IMG/VR virus record: IMGVR_UViG_2526164628_000008 | Source of the DNA: a virus | Lineage: Duplodnaviria > Heunggongvirae > Uroviricota > Caudoviricetes | DNA: 29,070 bases | Direction: 5' to 3' (one strand) | Shown: positions 1 to 9,201 of the stretch, piece after piece | How the letters are laid out: every line of letters starts with the position of its first letter | Numbering within the stretch: the first letter of the stretch is position 1 | The notes under the pieces: model-generated | Databases searched by the model: none | Told to the model about the DNA's origin: nothing | What the model saw: only the letters and a program-made list of their open reading frames with translations | Translations under genes and position numbers: made by a program

Positions 1-389
1 GATGTTTTTCAATAAAGACATACTTCATTTCAGGCGCTTCGCGAAGTATGTCGCGGCCTTTTGGAGGATAGCCAGCTCTTCATCCCGTTCTGCCAGCTGG
101 CGTTTGAGACGTGCAATCTCGGTAGACATCTCCAGTTCACGTTCAGAAGACGTCTGCTGATTTTGCTGTTTACTGCGCCAGTTGTAGAGCTGTGATTCAT
201 ACAGGCTGAGTTCACGGGCTGCGGCAGTAACACCGATGCGTTCAGCAAGCTTCAGGGCTTCACTGCGAAATTCAGGCGAATGCTGTTTACGGGGTTTTTT
301 ACTGGTTGATACTGTTTTTGTCATGTGAGTCACCTCTGACTGAGAGTTTACTCACTTAGCCGCGTGTCCACTATTGCTGGGTAAGATCA
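1..389 (-). mobile_element. IS3 (partial copy; the element continues beyond the window start)
   Basis: Terminal sequence TGATCTTACCCAGCAATAGTGGACACGCGGCTAAGTGAG on the minus strand ending at 389 matches the IS3 end as I recall it; encodes the IS3 OrfA protein. The OrfB part lies left of the window. Confidence 0.8.
25..324 (-). CDS. insE: IS3 OrfA transposase subunit (InsE-like), helix-turn-helix protein
   Basis: Translation MTKTVSTSKKPRKQHSPEFRSEALKLAERIGVTAAARELSLYESQLYNWRSKQQ... recognised as IS3-family OrfA. Start may be the upstream ATG at 331-333 (MTHMTK...). Confidence 0.8.
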   Translation of the reverse strand: MTKTVSTSKKPRKQHSPEFRSEALKLAERIGVTAAARELSLYESQLYNWRSKQQNQQTSSERELEMSTEIARLKRQLAERDEELAILQKAATYFAKRLK

Positions 390-1153
390 GTCAGTTTTAA
401 CACGTTAGCCTCTAATGTTTTGCTTGGCCACCCTGTTTCTTGTGCACCACATTGACCAAGAATTCCATAGTTGCTAGTTTGACCATCAGGAAATTCCACT
501 GTAGCAATTAGGTCAAACCCAGCATCACCAGATGTGGGAGCTTTATTTATTTCCCTTGTGTTTAAACTACAAACTCCAAGATCTTTTCCTAAAATTTGTA
601 GAGCATTCCGAAGATTCGTTCCATAATATTTTTGCCTATCATCGGAGTTAGCATCAAAAATTCTTACGGTGCCATGTGCAGGTAAGAGAGAAATCATTGC
701 AACTTTACATACTCTGGCAAAGCTCTTTGCCCAACGTTGTGCTGCTCCTCTAATCGACTTAAAGGATCTAAGTCTAGAGCAACAAAGGAGAAAAACATAT
801 ATTCTTTGTTGTTGGTTTAGATTTTCTTTAATAATTATCTCATCACCTGAAATTATAAATGGATATATCTTTCCAAGAGCGCTTTCTCTATATTCGAGTT
901 GTGTCCAAACATCTTCTAGTTGCTCTTCAAAACGATCATTTCTCTCTGCGTCTCCATCAATTTCTTCTTCAAAATTACATTCTTCATCAATTTCTTCAAC
1001 ACTTGTCATGCCGAATTTTCTTACTGAATCTAAATCATTTTTATGCAGAGAGTTACGTCCGATATAATTAATCACCGTGAGTAACTCGGCTAAATCTGCA
1101 AACAAATGGGGAGAGTTGGGATGCATAACTCCTACTTCAAAAGTCATCATCAC
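371..1153 (-). CDS. hypothetical protein (cargo gene B); acidic N-terminal half; last 5 codons and stop supplied by the IS3 terminus, so the native C-terminus is lost or altered
   Basis: 260-aa ORF, AT-rich, overlaps the upstream gene by 17 nt (operon). The stop TAG at 371-373 lies inside the IS3 inverted repeat (IS3 ends at 389). Start uncertain among three tandem ATGs at 1145-1153 or the ATG near 1126 preceded by AGGAG. Confidence 0.55.
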   Translation of the reverse strand: MMMTFEVGVMHPNSPHLFADLAELLTVINYIGRNSLHKNDLDSVRKFGMTSVEEIDEECNFEEEIDGDAERNDRFEEQLEDVWTQLEYRESALGKIYPFIISGDEIIIKENLNQQQRIYVFLLCCSRLRSFKSIRGAAQRWAKSFARVCKVAMISLLPAHGTVRIFDANSDDRQKYYGTNLRNALQILGKDLGVCSLNTREINKAPTSGDAGFDLIATVEFPDGQTSNYGILGQCGAQETGWPSKTLEANVLKLTDLTQQ

Positions 1154-2258
1154 CTCTGCTATTTTTCTCTGCTATTTCAGAACCTATAAGCTTAATATGT
1201 TTATTGATTCTTCGTGCTACTTCATGAGCCTGTCTATCATACTCTACTGTGGCAACCATGCCTGCTGCATCTATCAAAGCCGCTTCAACTTGATAAAGTA
1301 ACTGGAGAAAGTCCTTAGTAATATCAGATGTCAATTGGTAGGCCACTGCGAGTGGAGCCCCCATTCGGAATTGCTCCAATGCCTTAGGGCTACTAACAAC
1401 AGCAGCTAATTCTCTTAAATTACGTGACTCTCCAACACGAGTTTTTTTATCCTCACCTTTTTTATATAACCACTCAGTTAGCTCTTTTATTTCTTTGTTC
1501 TTTAAGCTATTAGAGTTGATAATAGGATGACTTGGTATTGTGTCTCCATCGTCTTCGATTGAAACTCCGACAAATTGGCCTAACCGCTCATCAGCAAGTG
1601 CTGTTGATAATACTGAAAATTTAATCGTTTCTTCATCTAGTTTTTCAATACCATAAAAATCATTTTCTTTAATGATTTCATACACCGCTAAAGCGTCTAG
1701 GTTACGCTTGATATGATCCCTACGACTGCCAATAGCTCTGGCAACCTCATAGTAGCGTAGCATCGGATCCTGATTTGCATTGGTATAATCAAAAAGCTGT
1801 TTAATATATCGAGCTTTTGATAAGGGCTCCCATTGTTTGACACCAGTAATATGTCTGAAACCAAGATACGGAAGAATCTCTTCTCTTGTTTGGCGCTCAA
1901 TGACAGGAACACGATCGACTGTATGTTTTGCATTTGATGCAATTTCTCGTAGTCGAGCACTTGGATTTTCACATAGTGTCGGATCGCGTAATAATTTAAC
2001 TGCGGATAGGCGACGGTTTCCTTCAACTACAATGTACTTCCCCGGCGCGACACTGTCAGGAATGACAATCAATGGTTCTCCAGGGAAAAAACCATTTTCC
2101 GCAATAGCACTCATTAGATCTTCGATAGATGTTGAGGTTGCTATGTAGTTAATCATTCCCAATTGGTCACGAGACACGCCTTCAGGAAGTCTTGGGTTTT
2201 CTGTGTCAAGTTCCAAATCATCTAGCGGAACATAAAGTATTTCTGAATCAGCAATCAT
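1137..2258 (-). CDS. ParB N-terminal domain (ParB/Srx fold) protein, cargo gene A
   Basis: 373-aa ORF with GGAG ribosome-binding site 7 nt upstream. N-terminal region (LYVPLDDLELDTENPR ... PLIVIPDSVAPGKYIVVEGNRRLSAVKLL) fits the ParB N-terminal pattern including a GxRRxxA box (EGNRRLSA). C-terminal ~270 aa unrecognised. Confidence 0.6.
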   Translation of the reverse strand: MIADSEILYVPLDDLELDTENPRLPEGVSRDQLGMINYIATSTSIEDLMSAIAENGFFPGEPLIVIPDSVAPGKYIVVEGNRRLSAVKLLRDPTLCENPSARLREIASNAKHTVDRVPVIERQTREEILPYLGFRHITGVKQWEPLSKARYIKQLFDYTNANQDPMLRYYEVARAIGSRRDHIKRNLDALAVYEIIKENDFYGIEKLDEETIKFSVLSTALADERLGQFVGVSIEDDGDTIPSHPIINSNSLKNKEIKELTEWLYKKGEDKKTRVGESRNLRELAAVVSSPKALEQFRMGAPLAVAYQLTSDITKDFLQLLYQVEAALIDAAGMVATVEYDRQAHEVARRINKHIKLIGSEIAEKNSRGDDDF

Positions 2259-2315
2259 CTGGATCTCCGTTGAACATGTCTACGAGAAGGAGCACAAAGT
2301 TATTTCATAACATGC

Positions 2316-2321
2316 AATATA
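2316..2321 (-). promoter_or_regulatory. putative -10 element (TATATT on minus strand) for the cargo operon
   Basis: AT-rich region upstream of the ParB-like gene; TATATT hexamer about 58 nt upstream of the ATG. No clear -35. Confidence 0.2.
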
Positions 2322-2484
2322 CTCATTCTGTAGCCATAAATGAATTATTCATGATGTAAGATTCGCGTTGATGTGCGTGAATTCGCAAGTAATTTTATAG
2401 CAAGGTTTGATTGGGTATCGTTAGCACTGGCGCGGTTTCAACGTATTCATGCACCTGCATTAAAACCGACCCATGAAGCGGGCG

Positions 2485-2503
2485 GGCGAGGCGGGGAAAG
2501 CAC
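2485..2503. other. cos site, 19-nt cohesive-end sequence of P2-type phages
   Basis: GGCGAGGCGGGGAAAGCAC matches the P2 cohesive-end sequence as I recall it; located in the ORF-free GC-rich region just upstream of the portal gene Q, where cos lies in P2. Confidence 0.7.
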
Positions 2504-2672
2504 TGCGCGCTGGCGGTGGTGCTGATTTTATTTTTTCAGCGTCTGAGCGCGTCGTGATGGCGTTTAGATTGTTAGCCGGGGCGTTGGTGTGTCTGCGGGC
2601 TGTTTTGTGCGGTGGTGAGCGTGTGAGAGCGTGATGGCGGGTTGTAAAAAAGCCGCCCGCAGGCGGCGATGT

Positions 2673-3707
2673 TCAGCCGTTGTCAGTGTCCAGTGAGTAG
2701 TTTTTAAAGCGGATGACCTCCTGACCGAGCCAGCCGTTTATCTCGCGGATCCTGTCCTGTAACGGGATAAGTTCATTGCGGACAAAGACCTTTGCCACTT
2801 TCTCAATATCACCCAGCGACCCGACGTTCTCCGGCTTGCCACCCATCAACTGAAAGGGGATGCGGTGCGCGTCCAGCAGGTCAGCGGCGCTGGCTTTTTT
2901 GATATTAAAAAAATCGTCCTTCGTCGCCACTTCACTGAGGGGGATAATTTTAATGCCGTCGGCTTTCCCCTGTGGGGCATAGAGAAACAGGTTTTTAAAG
3001 TTGTTGCGGCCTTTCGACTTGACCATGTTTTCGCGAAGCATTTCGATATCGTTGCGGTCCTGCACGGCATCGGTGACGTACATGATGTATCCGGCATGTG
3101 CGCCGTTTTCGTAATACTTGCGGCGGAACAGCGTGGCCGACTCATTCAGCCAGGCAGAGTTAAGGGCGCTGAGATATTCCGGCAGACCGTACAGCTCCTG
3201 ATTAATATCCGGCTCCAGCAGGTGAAACACGGAGCCGGGCGCGAAAGGTGTCGGCTCGTTGAAAGACGGCACCCACCAGTAAACATCCTCCTCCACGCCA
3301 CGACGGGTATATTTGGCCGGTGAGGTTTCCAGTCTGATGACCTTACCGGTGGTGCTGTAACGCTTTTCCAGAAACGCATTACCGAACACCAGAAAATCCA
3401 GCACAAAACGGCTGAAATCCTGCTGGGAAAGCCACGGGTGCGGGATAAACGTTGAAGCCAGAATATTACGTTTGACGTAAATCGGTGAGCTGTGATGCAC
3501 GGCAGCACGCAGACTTTTTGCCAGGCCGGTAAAGCTGACCGGTGGCTCATACCATCTGCCGTTACTGATGCACTCGACGTAATCCAGAATGTCACGCCGG
3601 TCGAGTACCGGTACCGGCTCACCAAAGGTGAATGCCTCCATTTTCGGGGCGCTGGCGGTCATTGTTTTTGCCGCAGGTTGCGGTGTTTTCCCTTTTTTCT
3701 TGCTCAT
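2673..3707 (-). CDS. Q: portal protein Q (P2 gpQ)
   Basis: 344 aa, same length and recognisable sequence as P2 Q (MSKKKGKTPQPAAKT...); adjacent to P on the same strand. Confidence 0.9.
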   Translation of the reverse strand: MSKKKGKTPQPAAKTMTASAPKMEAFTFGEPVPVLDRRDILDYVECISNGRWYEPPVSFTGLAKSLRAAVHHSSPIYVKRNILASTFIPHPWLSQQDFSRFVLDFLVFGNAFLEKRYSTTGKVIRLETSPAKYTRRGVEEDVYWWVPSFNEPTPFAPGSVFHLLEPDINQELYGLPEYLSALNSAWLNESATLFRRKYYENGAHAGYIMYVTDAVQDRNDIEMLRENMVKSKGRNNFKNLFLYAPQGKADGIKIIPLSEVATKDDFFNIKKASAADLLDAHRIPFQLMGGKPENVGSLGDIEKVAKVFVRNELIPLQDRIREINGWLGQEVIRFKNYSLDTDNG

Positions 3708-5479
3708 CAGTAAAACTCCAGAATGGTGGATGTCAGCGGAGTGCTGATACCGGCGGTGAGTGGCTCATTTAACAGGGCGTGCATGGTCGCCCAGGCGAGG
3801 TCGGCGTGGCTGGCTTCCTCGCTGCGGCTGGCCTCATAGGTGGCACTGCGTCCGCTGCTGGTCATGGTCTTGCGGATAGCCATAAACGAGCTGGTGATGT
3901 CGGTGGCGCTGACGTCATATTCCAGACAGCCACGGCGGATAACGTCTTTTGCCTTGAGCACCATTGCGGTTTTCATTTCCGGCGTGTAGCGGATATCGCG
4001 CGCGGCGGGATAGAACGAGCGCACGAGCTGGAACACGCCGACACCGAGGCCGGTGGCATCAATTCCGATGTATTCGACGTTGTATTTCTCGGTGAGTTTG
4101 CGGATGGATTCAGCCTGAGTGGCAAAGTCCATGCCTTTCCACTGGTGACGCTCAAGGATCCTGAATTTGCCACCGGCCACCACCGGCGGTGCCAGTACCA
4201 CGCATCCGGCGCTGTCGCCACGGTGTGACGGGTCGTAACCAATCCATACCGGGCGGGAGCCGAACGGATTCGCGGCAAACGGCGCATAGTCTTCCCATTC
4301 TTCCAGCGTGTCGACCATGCAGCGTTGCAGCTCCTCGAACGGGAACACCGATGCCTTGTCGTCAACAAATTCACACATGAACAGGTTTTTAAAATCGTCG
4401 GCGCTGTTTTCACGTTTGAGCTGCTCAATGTCGAACAGCGTGCAGCCGCCTTTCAGGGCATCCTCAATGGTGACAATCTGCCGCCACTGGCCGTCCGCAC
4501 AGAGAAGACCTCCGGCAAGGGCGTTATGACTGACGTCGATTTCCACGCGTTCGGCGGCGCTGGCGCGTCCCCGGTTGAACAGTTCACCCGACCAGAACGG
4601 GTAGGCGTCGTGCGCCAGCGTGGACGGGGTGGAGAAATAGGTCGAGCGCAGGTGACTCTGTGAGGCCATACCTGATGCCACCTTACGCAGTACCTGAAAA
4701 TTCGGGATCCAGAAAATCTCGTCGACGTACAGGTCGCCGTTATGGCTCTGTGCGGTGTTGGAGTTGGTGCCGAGAAAAATCAGTTTTGCGCCGTTATTGC
4801 CCAGGACAATCGGGTCACCGGTCAGGTCAACGTCAACCAGTCGGGCAAAGGCGATGATGTATTCGCGGAACACATACGCCTGCGTTTTACTGGCCGACAG
4901 AAAAATCTGGTTATGACCGGTTTTCAGGGCGCGCAGCAGCGCCTCGCGGGAAAAATAAAACGTCGCGCCAATCTGGCGGGATTTCAGGATATCGCGGATG
5001 CGGTGCTCAAGCCCGGCGCGATACCAGTGCAACTGATATTCGAAAGACTGCTCAAAGAAAATCTGCTCCAGCTTTTCGATAGCCTCGTCGCTGAAAAAAT
5101 TCTTTTTCGGTTTGCGCCGCCCGCCTTTGTTGCGGTTAGCGATGTTCGGATTAAGGTCTGCCTCGTTGCCGGTCTGGTTGTAGCGGTTTACCCGTGCCAG
5201 TCGTTCAATCTGGCGTCCGAGCAGGTCAATTTCCTTGAAGTCACCGCCGGTTTTCTGCGGTTTTATGATGAGCTGGGTCAGCCGCGCTTCCAGACTCATT
5301 TCGACACGGCTGATGGGGGCAACGCTGTCCCAGCCGTCGCGCTGTTTCCAGCTCTGCACCGTCGGGCGTTTCATCTGCAACATGGCGGCAATCTGCGGCA
5401 CGGAAAACCCCTGCCAGTACAGCAGCGCCGCCTGACGACGCGGGTCGTGTAAAAGAGTGGTGTCTGTGGTGATGGTCAT
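3707..5479 (-). CDS. P: terminase large subunit / ATPase P (P2 gpP)
   Basis: 590 aa from MTITTDTTLLHDPRRQAALLYWQGF...; the ORF track's upstream in-frame ATG adds 10 aa. P2-like order Q-P divergent from O. Confidence 0.9.
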   Translation of the reverse strand: MTITTDTTLLHDPRRQAALLYWQGFSVPQIAAMLQMKRPTVQSWKQRDGWDSVAPISRVEMSLEARLTQLIIKPQKTGGDFKEIDLLGRQIERLARVNRYNQTGNEADLNPNIANRNKGGRRKPKKNFFSDEAIEKLEQIFFEQSFEYQLHWYRAGLEHRIRDILKSRQIGATFYFSREALLRALKTGHNQIFLSASKTQAYVFREYIIAFARLVDVDLTGDPIVLGNNGAKLIFLGTNSNTAQSHNGDLYVDEIFWIPNFQVLRKVASGMASQSHLRSTYFSTPSTLAHDAYPFWSGELFNRGRASAAERVEIDVSHNALAGGLLCADGQWRQIVTIEDALKGGCTLFDIEQLKRENSADDFKNLFMCEFVDDKASVFPFEELQRCMVDTLEEWEDYAPFAANPFGSRPVWIGYDPSHRGDSAGCVVLAPPVVAGGKFRILERHQWKGMDFATQAESIRKLTEKYNVEYIGIDATGLGVGVFQLVRSFYPAARDIRYTPEMKTAMVLKAKDVIRRGCLEYDVSATDITSSFMAIRKTMTSSGRSATYEASRSEEASHADLAWATMHALLNEPLTAGISTPLTSTILEFY

Positions 5480-5652
5480 GAATACCTCGCCGTGATGAAT
5501 ACACGGCAAGGCTACTGAGTCGTGCCCTGCGATTCGCTAAGGTGCTGTTGTGTCAGTGATAAGCCATCCGGGACTGATGGCGGAGGATGCGCATCGTCGG
5601 GAAACTGATGCCGACATGTGACTCCTCTAATCACTATTCAGGACTCCTGACA
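5480..5652. promoter_or_regulatory. divergent late-promoter region between P and O (expected Ogr-dependent PP/PO)
   Basis: Inferred from P2 organisation only; I could not identify the activator-binding dyad confidently in the sequence. Confidence 0.35.
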
Positions 5653-6507
5653 ATGGCAAAAAAAGTCTCAAAATTCTTTCGTATCGGCGTTGAGGGTGAC
5701 ACCTGTGACGGGCGTGTCATCAGTGCGCAGGATATTCAGGAAATGGCCGAAACCTTTGACCCGCGTGTCTATGGTTGCCGCATTAACCTGGAACATCTGC
5801 GCGGCATCCTGCCTGACGGCATTTTTAAACGTTATGGCGATGTGGTCGAACTGAAGGCCGAAAAGATTGACGATGATTCGGCGCTGAAAGGCAAATGGGC
5901 GCTGTTTGCGAAAATCACCCCGACCGATGACCTTATCGCGATGAACAAGGCCGCGCAGAAGGTCTATACCTCAATGGAAATTCAGCCGAACTTTGCCAAT
6001 ACCGGCAAATGTTATCTGGTGGGTCTGGCCGTCACCGATGACCCGGCAAGCCTCGGCACGGAATACCTGGAATTCTGCCGCACGGCAAAACACAACCCCC
6101 TGAACCGCTTCAAATTAAGCCCTGAAAACCTGATTTCAGTGGCAACGCCCGTTGAGCTGGAATTTGAAGACCTGCCTGAAACCGTGTTCACCGCCCTGAC
6201 CGAAAAGGTGAAATCCATTTTTGGCCGCAAACAGGCCAGTGATGACGCCCGTCTGAATGACGTGCATGAAGCGGTGACCGCTGTTGCTGAACATGTGCAG
6301 GAAAAGCTGAGTGCCACTGAGCAGCGCCTCGCTGAGATGGAAACCGCTTTTTCCGCACTTAAGCAGGATGTGACTGACAGGGCGGATGAAACCAGCCAGG
6401 CATTCACCCGCCTGAAAAACAGTCTCGACAGCACCGAAAGTCTGACCCAGCAGCGCCGCAGCAAGGCCACCGGCGGTGGCGGTGATGCCCTGATGACGAA
6501 CTGCTGA
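5653..6507 (+). CDS. O: capsid scaffolding protein O (P2 gpO)
   Basis: 284 aa from MAKKVSKFFRIGVEGDTCDGRV...; the ORF track start at 5587 is an upstream in-frame extension. Confidence 0.9.
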   Translation: MAKKVSKFFRIGVEGDTCDGRVISAQDIQEMAETFDPRVYGCRINLEHLRGILPDGIFKRYGDVVELKAEKIDDDSALKGKWALFAKITPTDDLIAMNKAAQKVYTSMEIQPNFANTGKCYLVGLAVTDDPASLGTEYLEFCRTAKHNPLNRFKLSPENLISVATPVELEFEDLPETVFTALTEKVKSIFGRKQASDDARLNDVHEAVTAVAEHVQEKLSATEQRLAEMETAFSALKQDVTDRADETSQAFTRLKNSLDSTESLTQQRRSKATGGGGDALMTNC

Positions 6508-6565
6508 CCGGCGTCAGTCAGTCCGGGAAAACCTTCACGATTAACCCTTAATTTCAGGAAAAACT

Positions 6566-7639
6566 ATGCGCCAGGAAACCCGCTTTAAATTTAATGCCTA
6601 CCTGTCCCGTGTTGCCGAACTGAACGGCATCGACGCCGGTGATGTGTCGAAAAAATTCACCGTTGAACCGTCGGTCACCCAGACCCTGATGAACACCATG
6701 CAGGAGTCCTCTGACTTTCTGACCCGCATCAACATTGTGCCGGTCAGCGAAATGAAAGGGGAAAAAATTGGTATTGGTGTCACCGGCTCCATCGCCAGCA
6801 CCACCGACACCGCCGGTGGCACCGAGCGTCAGCCGAAGGACTTCTCGAAGCTGGCGTCAAACAAGTACGAATGCGACCAGATTAACTTCGATTTTTATAT
6901 CCGCTACAAAACGCTTGACCTGTGGGCGCGTTATCAGGATTTCCAGCTCCGTATCCGTAACGCCATTATCAAACGCCAGTCCCTTGATTTCATCATGGCC
7001 GGTTTTAACGGCGTGAAGCGTGCCGAAACCTCTGACCGCAACAGCAATCCGATGTTGCAGGATGTGGCGGTCGGCTGGCTGCAGAAATACCGCAATGAAG
7101 CCCCGGCGCGCGTGATGAGCAAGGTCACTGACGAGGAAGGGCGCACCACCTCTGAGGTTATCCGCGTGGGTAAGGGCGGTGATTATGCCAGCCTTGACGC
7201 ACTGGTGATGGATGCGACCAACAACCTGATTGAACCGTGGTATCAGGAAGACCCTGACCTTGTGGTGATTGTGGGACGTCAGCTACTGGCGGACAAATAT
7301 TTCCCCATCGTCAACAAGGAGCAGGACAACAGCGAAATGCTGGCCGCTGACGTCATCATCAGCCAGAAACGCATCGGTAACCTGCCGGCGGTACGCGTCC
7401 CGTACTTCCCGGCGGATGCGATGCTCATCACGAAGCTGGAAAACCTGTCCATCTACTACATGGATGACAGCCATCGCCGCGTGATTGAGGAAAACCCGAA
7501 ACTCGACCGCGTGGAGAACTACGAGTCAATGAACATTGATTACGTGGTGGAAGACTACGCCGCCGGTTGTCTGGTGGAAAAAATTAAGGTCGGTGATTTC
7601 TCCACACCGGCTAAGGCGACCGCAGAGCCGGGAGCGTAA
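6566..7639 (+). CDS. N: major capsid protein N (P2 gpN)
   Basis: 357 aa, MRQETRFKFNAYLSRVAELNGIDAG...; position after O. Confidence 0.92.
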   Translation: MRQETRFKFNAYLSRVAELNGIDAGDVSKKFTVEPSVTQTLMNTMQESSDFLTRINIVPVSEMKGEKIGIGVTGSIASTTDTAGGTERQPKDFSKLASNKYECDQINFDFYIRYKTLDLWARYQDFQLRIRNAIIKRQSLDFIMAGFNGVKRAETSDRNSNPMLQDVAVGWLQKYRNEAPARVMSKVTDEEGRTTSEVIRVGKGGDYASLDALVMDATNNLIEPWYQEDPDLVVIVGRQLLADKYFPIVNKEQDNSEMLAADVIISQKRIGNLPAVRVPYFPADAMLITKLENLSIYYMDDSHRRVIEENPKLDRVENYESMNIDYVVEDYAAGCLVEKIKVGDFSTPAKATAEPGA

Positions 7640-7642
7640 CCG

Positions 7643-8386
7643 ATGACGAGTCCCGCACAGCGCCACATGATGCGGGTCTCGGCAGCGATGACCGCGCAGC
7701 GGGAAGTCGCCCCGCTGCGACATGCAACTGTCTATGAGCAGATGCTGGTTAAGCTCGCCGCAGACCAGCGCACACTGAAAGCGATTTATTCAAAAGAGCT
7801 GAAGGCCGCGAAAAAACGCGAACTGCTGCCGTTCTGGTTGCCGTGGGTGAACGGCGTGCTGGAGCAGGGCAAAGGTGCACAGGATGACATTCTGATGACG
7901 GTCATGCTGTGGCGTCTGGATACCGGCGATATTGCCGGTGCGCTGGAGATTGCCCGTTATGCCCTGAAGTACGGTCTGACCATGCCGGGTAAACACCGCC
8001 GCACCCCGCCGTACATGTTCACCGAGGAGGTGGCGCTCGCGGCCATGCGTGCTCACGCTGCCGGTGAGTCTGTGGATACCCGCCTGCTGACGGAGACCCT
8101 TGAACTGACCGCCACGGCTGACATGCCTGATGAAGTGCGCGCAAAGCTGCACAAAATCACCGGTCTGTTTCTGCGTGACGGTGGTGATGCCGCAGGGGCG
8201 CTGGCGCACCTGCAACGTGCGACACAGCTCGACTGTCAGGCAGGCGTCAAAAAAGAGATTGAACGACTGGAGCGGGAGCTGAAACCGAAGCCGGAGCCGC
8301 AGCCCAAAGCGGCCACCCGTACCCCGCGTAAGACCCGGAGCGTGACACCGGCAAAACGTGGACGCCCGAAAAAGAAAGCCAGTTAA
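7643..8386 (+). CDS. M: terminase small subunit / endonuclease M (P2 gpM)
   Basis: 247 aa, position and sequence consistent with P2 M. Confidence 0.88.
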   Translation: MTSPAQRHMMRVSAAMTAQREVAPLRHATVYEQMLVKLAADQRTLKAIYSKELKAAKKRELLPFWLPWVNGVLEQGKGAQDDILMTVMLWRLDTGDIAGALEIARYALKYGLTMPGKHRRTPPYMFTEEVALAAMRAHAAGESVDTRLLTETLELTATADMPDEVRAKLHKITGLFLRDGGDAAGALAHLQRATQLDCQAGVKKEIERLERELKPKPEPQPKAATRTPRKTRSVTPAKRGRPKKKAS

Positions 8387-8485
8387 CAACCGAATGCGCC
8401 CCGCGCCAGGGCGGCACGCCGGTCAGTGAGGGTGAATCACCTGACACTGCACCGGCGTCCACCGCCCGACTTTTCAGAGGTGGTC

Positions 8486-8995
8486 ATGATGACGCTGATT
8501 ATTCCGCGAAAGGAGGCTCCCGTGTCCGGTGAGGGTACGGTGGTCATCCCGCAACCGGCAGGCGACGAGCCGGTGATTAAAAACACGTTCTTTTTTCCCG
8601 ATATCGACCCGAAGCGCGTCCGGGAACGTATGCGCCTTGAGCAGACCGTCGCCCCCGCCCGTCTGCGTGAGGCTATCAAGTCAGGCATGGCGGAGACAAA
8701 TGCGGAGCTGTACGAGTATCGCGAACAGAAAATTGCCGCCGGTTTTACGCGTCTGGCGGACGTCCCGGCGGACGACATCGACGGTGAAAGCATCAAAGTT
8801 TTTTACTACGAGCGCGCCGTGTGTGCGATGGCGACCGCGTCGCTTTATGAGCGTTATCGCGGCGTGGATGCCAGTGCGAAAGGCGACAAGAAGGCCGACA
8901 GCATTGACAGCACCATTGATGAACTGTGGCGGGATATGCGCTGGGCGGTGGCGCGTATCCAGGACAAGCCGCGCTGCATCGTGAGTCAAATCTGA
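8486..8995 (+). CDS. L: head completion/stabilisation protein L (P2 gpL)
   Basis: 169 aa from MMTLIIPRKEAPVSGEG...; stop overlaps the X start (ATGA-type overlap at 8993-8997). Confidence 0.88.
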   Translation: MMTLIIPRKEAPVSGEGTVVIPQPAGDEPVIKNTFFFPDIDPKRVRERMRLEQTVAPARLREAIKSGMAETNAELYEYREQKIAAGFTRLADVPADDIDGESIKVFYYERAVCAMATASLYERYRGVDASAKGDKKADSIDSTIDELWRDMRWAVARIQDKPRCIVSQI

Positions 8996-9198
8996 TGAAG
9001 ACCTTTGCGCTACAGGGCGACACGCTCGACGCCATTTGTGTCCGGTATTACGGGCGCACTGAGGGCGTGGTTGAGACCGTGCTCGCCGCAAATCCGGGAC
9101 TGGCTGAACTGGGTGCGGTGCTGCCACACGGCACCGCCGTCGAACTGCCCGACGTTCAGACCGCGCCCGTGGCTGAAACTGTCAATCTGTGGGAGTAA
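8995..9198 (+). CDS. X: tail protein X (P2 gpX)
   Basis: 67 aa, MKTFALQGDTLDAICVRYYGRTEGVVETVLAANPGLAELG...; internal start within the longer ORF 8926-9198. Confidence 0.85.
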   Translation: MKTFALQGDTLDAICVRYYGRTEGVVETVLAANPGLAELGAVLPHGTAVELPDVQTAPVAETVNLWE

Positions 9199-9201
9199 CG
9201 C

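Noticed and set aside
30-248. 72-aa plus-strand ORF inside IS3
   Set aside because: Antisense to the recognised IS3 OrfA.
669-1067. 132-aa and 70-aa plus-strand ORFs inside cargo gene B
   Set aside because: Ser/Leu-rich low-complexity antisense translations in AT-rich DNA; the minus-strand gene overlapping the ParB-like gene is the better model.
371-2258. Possibility that the cos-proximal cargo is P2 old/tin
   Set aside because: Sizes (373 and 260 aa) and motifs do not fit Old (about 586 aa, ATPase plus TOPRIM); no Walker A motif seen in either protein.
4742-5452. 236-aa plus-strand ORF inside the terminase gene P
   Set aside because: Antisense shadow ORF in GC-rich coding sequence; no start context; P on the minus strand explains the region.
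7790-8389. 199-aa minus-strand ORF overlapping gene M
   Set aside because: Arg/Gly-rich low-complexity translation typical of antisense frames in GC-rich genes.
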